In this document: positions 57,037 through 64,000 of the stretch, in pieces | Numbering within the stretch: position 1 is the first letter of the stretch | How the letters are laid out: the number at the start of each line of letters is the position of its first letter | Assembly: GCA_013239625.1 (NCBI GenBank) | Contig: MU054338.1 | Coordinates: forward strand, 4,613,371-4,677,370 | DNA length: 64,000 bases | Reading direction: 5' to 3' | DNA from: Lama guanicoe | Taxonomy: Eukaryota | Program-made: the position numbers and the translations under genes | Notes under the pieces: model-generated | The model's input: only the letters and a program-made list of their open reading frames with translations | Databases searched by the model: none | What the model was told of the DNA's origin: nothing

Positions 57037-59515
57037 CTTTGAAAACAAAGTGAAATGTAAAATTTGAATAAAATTGGGGGTGGAATGACTGCCAGTCAAG
57101 GAGAATGTTCTCAGCTCATTGGACAACCACCCTTCTCTCTCCCTGGAGAAATGGGTCTTGAACTGATCTGTGCATCACAGTCATCTGGAGGGCTCTTAAA
57201 ACTCAGATTTCTGGATCTCAACCCAACTGAGTCCAGGTGGGGATAACAATTTGCATTTCTGTGTTCCCAGCTGATGGTGACACTGCTGGTACAGGCATCA
57301 CACGTTGAGAACTGGGGCATCGAGCAGATATGCACCAAGGACAGAAAGCTCAAGGTCACTCCCCAGCACCAATTCCAGACTCTTGCCCCTCCACCAGCCT
57401 TCTCTGAGGATGTTTTCCTCTTCCCATCTCTGTCACTGTCAACCACACACATGCTGGTATCCCTTACCCACCATCATTTGGACAGAGGGATCACAGTATC
57501 ATTTGTATCCCAAGATATTAAACTTTTCAGTATCTCCCTTTCACTTTGCTTTAAGACACATGATCACTTAGTTTTCATCGTCCTTTAGTGCCTCATCTCC
57601 AGCAAAATCGTGTACCTCTCAGCCCTTAGACTCACTTTCACACCCAAGTCCCACCTTCACTCAAATATTCTTCTGCTCCTAAAGCAACTTAGAAAATCCA
57701 TATTCCATCACACAGTTCCATTTAAGCACAAAGAAATCCTCTGTAAACAGTCATTTTTACTCCTCTGACTCCCTTCCTTCCCTGCTCCTCCTCCTCCTCT
57801 GTCAGTCTGGGCTCTACCATCTCGCTTAACACAACAACCAATGCTCCTTAGAAGTCGGTCCTGCTCACACATCTGTTCCAGATCTACACCTTCCTCTAGA
57901 CAATCCCATCCATCTCCCTGGCTCCAAATATCATCAATGAACTAGAAACGCACACAGAATCAGCACTGACCTGGTTTAATCATAAAATCCAAGTATCCCT
58001 CTGCCCACTCACCATATCGTTGATAAAATCAATGACTCAACTCACCAATCAGTAACCAAGTCCCATGTTGAACTGGGTGGTTCCCCAAATCAATCATGCT
58101 TGTCTCAGTGTCCCCTAAACTCATTTTTTGGTACTAATACCCCACCTGCCCCTGAATGGCATTCTGGACACCCTACCTCCCCACACTCTTTTTCCAATTA
58201 ATCATCCATTTGCCTTCCTGAATCCACCTGAAGTTCCTCAAATTTTGAATAATTCTTGCACACCTTTCATTTGACCTAAAAAAATGCCATTTCCACAGAA
58301 TGACCTTTCCTGATCCAGCATTGAATTAACATTACATTTTCTCTGTGTTAACTTTTTTCAATTTTTAATTTGATTTGTAGTATTATCTATTTATTTTCTA
58401 CGTCTTCCTGACTAAGTCGGGTACTTGAGAAGAGAGGACGCATGAGGAACTGAATGTTTACACTGATGCAGTCACATCACTTTCATGGCTGAACGAGCTC
58501 AGATATCTTTTCTGAGAGAAGTTATTCAAACTCCAAAAAATACTTTCCAAATTTTTCAAATAAATACACAGAACTACCAATATTAAATGCTTTCATCTCT
58601 TTTCTGGTAGACTGCAAGAAATTATTCCTAAGATTTCAAATCCTTCCTCTCTGTAATCCACTCTAAGACTCTTCACAATAATCTATTTAAAATGTAAACC
58701 TAATCAGTGCGCCTTCCTTTTAAATCGCACATTTCTGTCTACAGAAGATATTTTATAAAATAGAAAAGCAAAAATCTCATTTTATTACTGTTGTCCTGCT
58801 GTTATTAATGCTACCCCTTTTATTACTCAAGATGTTCTAGTTTGGAGGGGAAATCACTTGATCCTCCCATTTATAGATCACCTATCATATATGCCAAGTA
58901 GTGCACTAAAACTCCCCACTCAGAATTTAACTTAACAAAGTCATTGCCCCAGACTATTTTACTCTTGATGAGAGAAAAGGGTTATAGACTAAGGAATGTC
59001 TAATAGTGTTGGGTATAGTTAAGTGCTATGATAAACAGTAAGGTCAACACAGAGACAGTGACAGAGGGAGGTATGGAGGAAGAGAAGGAAGAAGGGAGAA
59101 AGAAATTAACTACAATTATTAATGATGACGAGATTGGGGAAAGCCTAACTGGTGACATATTTGAAGCAGAAAACAGAATTTTTATAAAAGAAGAAAAAAA
59201 AAAGACCAAGCACATTGTGGGTAAAGAATTTTCTGTAAAGGAAAATAATTTAAACACCCTAGGACCAAATACTACTCCCACTACACAGTGACTTGGGTTT
59301 TAAAAATTTTTATCTACTATCCCAAGAAAGCAGCATATATAAAAATACACAAAATCTTGAATTATTTCTTAACAAATATTAACACCTAGGAAATAACGTG
59401 CAATAAGGTTACTTCTTGTTTTAAGAGCCAAAGTCCACTAACTTAAAGAGATTTTACAGAAGGAAAAAAGCATACAACTGGACACTCTTGTCATCAGTTT
59501 GGATTCCACACTCAC

Positions 59516-59557
59516 CAGAAGAGGCTGGCTTGGAAAGGTCGATGCGGGTTCCCCCAT
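59516..59557 (-). CDS. MBD3L2: MBD3L2-like exon 1 (MGEPASTFPSQPLL); spliced protein 213 aa
   Basis: aagATGG Kozak, 42 nt phase 0, donor CTG|GTGAGT; matches the recalled human MBD3L2 N-terminus MGEPAFTSFPS. Confidence 0.9.
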
Positions 59558-59642
59558 CTTCCAAGAGTTGTCTTCTGACCCACTCCTGAGATGCAGTCTG
59601 TGGTTTGCTGGAAAGTGCATTGACTTCAGCCTCTTATTCCCC

Positions 59643-59686
59643 TTTTATAGAGGAAGAGGGTAGATAATCCAATCGGTGGATAATCC
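59643..59686 (-). promoter_or_regulatory. MBD3L2-like promoter: TATA plus DUX-like/CCAAT and TAATCC motifs
   Basis: TATAAAA on - (59643-59649); TAATCCAATCG 59665-59675; second TAATCC 59681-59686. Confidence 0.65.
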
Positions 59687-60699
59687 AGAGGAGACACCCT
59701 ATCTCAGATCAAAGGGTTTGGAGAGGCTCCTAAATCTTTATACACAAGCACAAAAATATGGGGCTGTTTACACTGTGGCATGCTGTCCTAGATGAAAAAA
59801 TGTAATCCATTTGTGAATAGAGGTGCTATTTGCACTTTCTATCAACACTTTACTGTTTCCTTTTTTATTGATGTACAGTAACAATGTGTCAATTTCTGGT
59901 GTACAGCACAATGTCCCAATCATGCTTATATTAATGTTTCCTTTTTCACTCAGTATGGATGCCTTCCACAAAAAGTTATAAAAGTTATGCATCTCACAAA
60001 TTTTGATGTTGTATTTTCATTTTCACTTAGCTCTATTTATTTTTATTTCCTTTGAGAGTTCCTATCAGAACCATGGGTTTTTTTAAAACGTGTACATTTC
60101 CAATTGTTTGGTGATTTTCTAAACAAAATTGACTTGAAGGATGGTCAGAGAACATACTCTGTTTGATTTCAATTCTTTTAAATTTGTTGACGTTTATTTC
60201 ATGACCCAGAACATGGTCTATCTTAGTGAATATTCCATGGTGCTTGATTTGAATGTGTATTCTGGTGTTGTTGGGTGGAGTATCCAATACGTCAACTGTG
60301 TCTTATAAACACAGTTGATACTGTTGTTTGATGGACTGTTCACTACTTACCTGTTTTCACACTGTCTAATAGTACTATCAACTGCTGAGGGAGATGTTGA
60401 GAGGGGCGTGGAAGTTCCCAACTATAATTTTGGATTTGTCAATTTCTCCTTTCAGTAATATCTGTTTTTAATACATATATATTGATGCTCTGTTGTAATT
60501 ACTGTCTTCTTGGTGGATTGACCCATTTTTCCATGATATAACATCTCACTTTGTCACTTGTAATTTTCTTTGAGCTGAAATTCACTTTATCTTACAACAG
60601 TATAGGCATTTGGCTTTTTTTTAATTAATGTTTGCACCGTGTAAGCTTCCCTCCGACGTTCTGTGTAGAACTGAGCCCCAGCCCGTCGCACATGCCAGT

Positions 60700-61300
60700 C
60701 TAGCCTTATCCTTACCACGTGTTCGCCCAGCAAACTCGCTACCCGCTCACAGCCCCGCCCCCGGAGAGCCACGCCCCCCGCTCCAGGGGCCGCCCCCGGG
60801 CCGTTCCCCGCCCACGACCCCCGCTTCCCAGGCAGATGCTGGTCCCCATTCCCAGGCAGATCCGGCCCCCGCCCAAGTTTGCACAAAGTAAGCAAACGAA
60901 AAGCCCTCGGCCGGAGGCTGGGGTGCGCGGCCGCTGCCCCCGCCGGCAGACTCAGGTGGGACAGCCCGAAGGTCCCCATCTCCGCCCGGCAGCCCGAGAC
61001 CGGAAGCGGAAGTGCGTGGGGCGGGGGCGGGGCGGGGCGGAGTCTTGCCTACGGCGGGGAGTCCAGGCCGGTCTGCACGCCAGGGCGGAAGCCCGCGTGA
61101 CGCGAGACTCGGTGAGCGGCGGGAGGGCAGGGCCTCGGGGGAGTCCGGGGCGGGCGTGGACGGCGGGCAGTCCCTAGTCACGAGCTCCCGCGTCCCATCG
61201 TCCCTCTCGGGAGCCCCTTTTCCTCCCCAGGGGCTTCGCATCGCTTCCTCGGCCTGGGAAGCTGCTGTTTTCACGCTGCCCCCTCCTCAGAGTCCCCCGC
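60700..61300 (+). promoter_or_regulatory. CpG-island promoter and first exon of a downstream + strand gene
   Basis: High CpG, tandem ETS/GABP site CCGGAAGCGGAAGTG (61000-61014), stacked GC boxes near 61018-61040, donor TCG|GTGAGC after 61111. A ZNF557-like identity is inferred only from human gene order. Confidence 0.8.
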
Positions 61301-61877
61301 ATCACTCTCACCTGGGGGCCACCCTTCCCGCAACCCCAGGGTGCTTTTGGCCACGTCCGAAGATGCTCTAGGTTGTCACCACCTGGGAGGGAGAGAGGTG
61401 TGCTGGCACCTGGGGGTGGTGGCCAGGGACGCTGTTCAACCTCCTGTAATGTACAGGACGGCCCGCATGACAAGGAACTTTCCAGCCTCGAATGTCAGCA
61501 GTGCTCCGGTTGGGAAACCCTGCTCAAGGGCCTTAAAATCTCTGAAGTTTTGAATGAACTGTGGAAATCGTCTACAATTCAGCTGTCACTTGTAGGGCCC
61601 GTAAGTGACAAGTTGTTTTTAAAGTGTCTCGAGTCGCGGTAAAATCTCTGTCCAGCCAAATGAGCTGAGCTAATCAAATGCACACAGTGTGAAGCTTTTT
61701 GTCCCATTTGGGGAGCAGATGGCTGGATAGGATTCAGCAAAAGCTAGCCACGGCCAATAGTTAAATCAGTAAACACACACACACGAAAGGTGAATGGGGT
61801 GTTTTTTCTATCCAGTAACTGTATTACACCCTATTGAAAGCCTCAGTAGCAATATTTGTACTTTTTTCCCCCCACAG

Positions 61878-61969
61878 ACAAGAAAAGCATCTCTGGAGCT
61901 CAAGTTTCCGTTGTAAACGGCCTCAAGGTCCACATGTCCTGGGTGATCTGTGGATTTCTGTGTGACCAG
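61878..61969 (+). other. Probable 5' UTR exon 2 of the CpG-island gene
   Basis: cttttttccccccacag| acceptor and CAG|GTGAGT donor, 92 nt. Confidence 0.6.
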
Positions 61970-62389
61970 GTGAGTAGTGTATGGAACTTGTAAGATCAGG
62001 TTCCAGCAGCTTCAGCTGTGCGGAACTGTTCAGGGGCCTTACCGTGCTCAGGTTGAAAACACAAGGAGTCGCTAAGAGTCTGGGGCTAAAAATTAAATTA
62101 CTCAATGTCCTTATAAAATATTCAAATGTTTAAAATTTTGATTAAAACTTTTCTTTGCAGTTGGTTCAAAACTAAGATGATATAAAAGGTTTACCTTACA
62201 AAGTCTTGCCCTCACCTGTTCGTGCATTCTGTTCTTAGCCACCTCTGGGTAATTACTTTTATTGGCTTACCATGCATTTTTAACCTATTACAGGTTTTCT
62301 TTAAGTAAACACAGGCAAGCAAATATATTATCATTTCCGCTTTACTTACACAAAACATTGTGGAACTGTATGCATTTTTCCTTGCCTTG

Positions 62390-62433
<44 letters not shown>

Positions 62434-64000
62434 GCTTAACAAAAACTGAAGATTTTTCCATTGTTAGTGCATAGAGTACTTTGCTCTTTTTAACTGTGAA
62501 TAGTGTTAGAAACCAAAATCTAGACACTGGGTGTGCTAAGTGCATCTGGAGTATCATGGCTTTTAGGACCTTTCACTGGATATAGCTAGGAAATACACAT
62601 TTTTTAAACCATAAGTTTAGTGTATTTCTTATTCAAATTTAACTTTACAGTGGCTTTTTTCCTTACCTTCTTTGATTTCATATTAATCTCTTATGTGTTA
62701 TATTAAAAATGTTGGTTCCTGATAACACTGATCTGTTTACTTGATGGTGTTCTCCATCAGTGTATGTAACAAGCGACTCTCCGAAGCTTTGCTGTTCTTT
62801 CCTTGCAGTCTCGCTCTGGAATTATGCTCTGAATGTAAACCTCCCAAAATACGAAACAACATATACACGCGAGGTTATGCATGGGAGGATTATTTCCAAC
62901 AGCAAAAGATGAGAAACAACTCAAATGTCCATCAATAGGAAACTGGCAGAATTGGCAATATACTTTGTTTTAACGTCATACGAAAGCATTTTTTTCCGAA
63001 CTGTGTTGTGATCATGTTTCCAAGTTGATGTGCAGTTAGGCTCATTTGGTTATTTGTTTTCAGTGTGAAGGATTGCAGTTGTGTTTTTAAAATATGGTTC
63101 CAAAGTCAAAACTCTATAAAAAGTCATGTTCAGGGGAATCTAAATTCAACTCCCGTCACCTCAGTTATTCTTCTGCCCTTATTGGTTACCATTTACATTC
63201 ATTTGTTTTATCCTCTCCGCATTTCTTGATCTGGTAGATAAGAAATAGCATCAGTGTGGTTGCAATGTGCATCTCTTGTTTCTGTGAATAAGATCTCAGT
63301 GATTCCACCAAAGGCATTGTCCTTGAAATGTTAGTGGTAGAAACCAGAATGTGCCGTGTAGAGTGAGCGGGAGGGGAGAAAATGAGACAGAGTGAAAAAA
63401 CTGGCTGTGATGAGGGTGGGAGACTGGGTGATAAATGGGAAGAAAGCTGTGCTCTTGGGGTAGATTTATTTCACTGCTGAAAATACTACATTGGGTTTAA
63501 ATGGTGTGAGGAGGTCTGGTGGAGTGGGAGAGCTTGAAGAGAGGGGGGACTAGACATAACTGATAGTGTACAGCTCCTAAATGTGGGCGGGATGGAACAC
63601 AGAGCAGAGCTGCAGAGCCTGGCCCAGGACCTCATGCTTGCTAAGCACGCGTTCCGCCACTGAGCTATACCCCTACCCCCCTGATTTATTCATTATTTAA
63701 TTACTGCATAAAAAATTATCCCAAACCTTCGTCCCTCAAAACAACAAAAATCACATATCATCGCTCACAGTTTGTGTAGTTCAGAAATTCAGGAGCAGCT
63801 TAGCTAGAAGGTTCTGGCACCCTGGAGAAAAACCTTAAGAAGGTAACTAGTGTTTTCATGTCTTCTGCACTAGATGTATCCTCAAAAGGCACAAGAGTTC
63901 AGACTGGGGAGAGTCATTATGAATGAGATCAGTGTGGCCAGGCCTTCAGCATGAGCTCCTCCCTCACTGTGCACAACAGAATTCATACAGGGGAGAAGCC

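Noticed and set aside
60587..61473. Long Pro/Arg/Gly-rich ORFs
   Set aside because: Stop-poor CpG-island sequence with no domain similarity.

Overview
Mammalian genomic DNA, most likely a camelid (inferred from the many copies of a tRNA-derived SINE of the Vic-1 type). The window holds: (1) an apparently intact multi-exon adhesion GPCR of the ADGRE/EMR family on + (ATG 9362, 16 exons traced in phase to 42908, uncertain last exon near 44071-44226) with ADGRE1-like EGF domains and an ADGRE4-like 7TM; (2) an intronless, open but strongly diverged HNRNPA2B1 (B1 isoform) retrocopy on - (48231-49283); (3) three MBD3L2-family pieces: an intact two-exon gene on - (59557-56437), an orphan promoter+exon 1+intron copy on - (about 49505-51120) whose ATG is lost, and a decayed exon 2 on + (53718-54304); (4) a CpG-island promoter and non-coding exons of a + strand gene from about 60.7 kb (ZNF557-like by synteny only); (5) an FTL retro-fragment, plus many SINE, L1, LTR and DNA-transposon copies. 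The best candidate for an undescribed system is a chimeric gene: the duplicated MBD3L2 promoter (TATA plus DUX/TAATCC-type motifs) and ATG-less exon 1 point straight into the hnRNP B1 retrogene through a usable donor/acceptor pair. This predicts an hnRNP paralogue expressed at zygotic genome activation or in the germline. Family assignments rest on recalled reference sequences; no searches were run.
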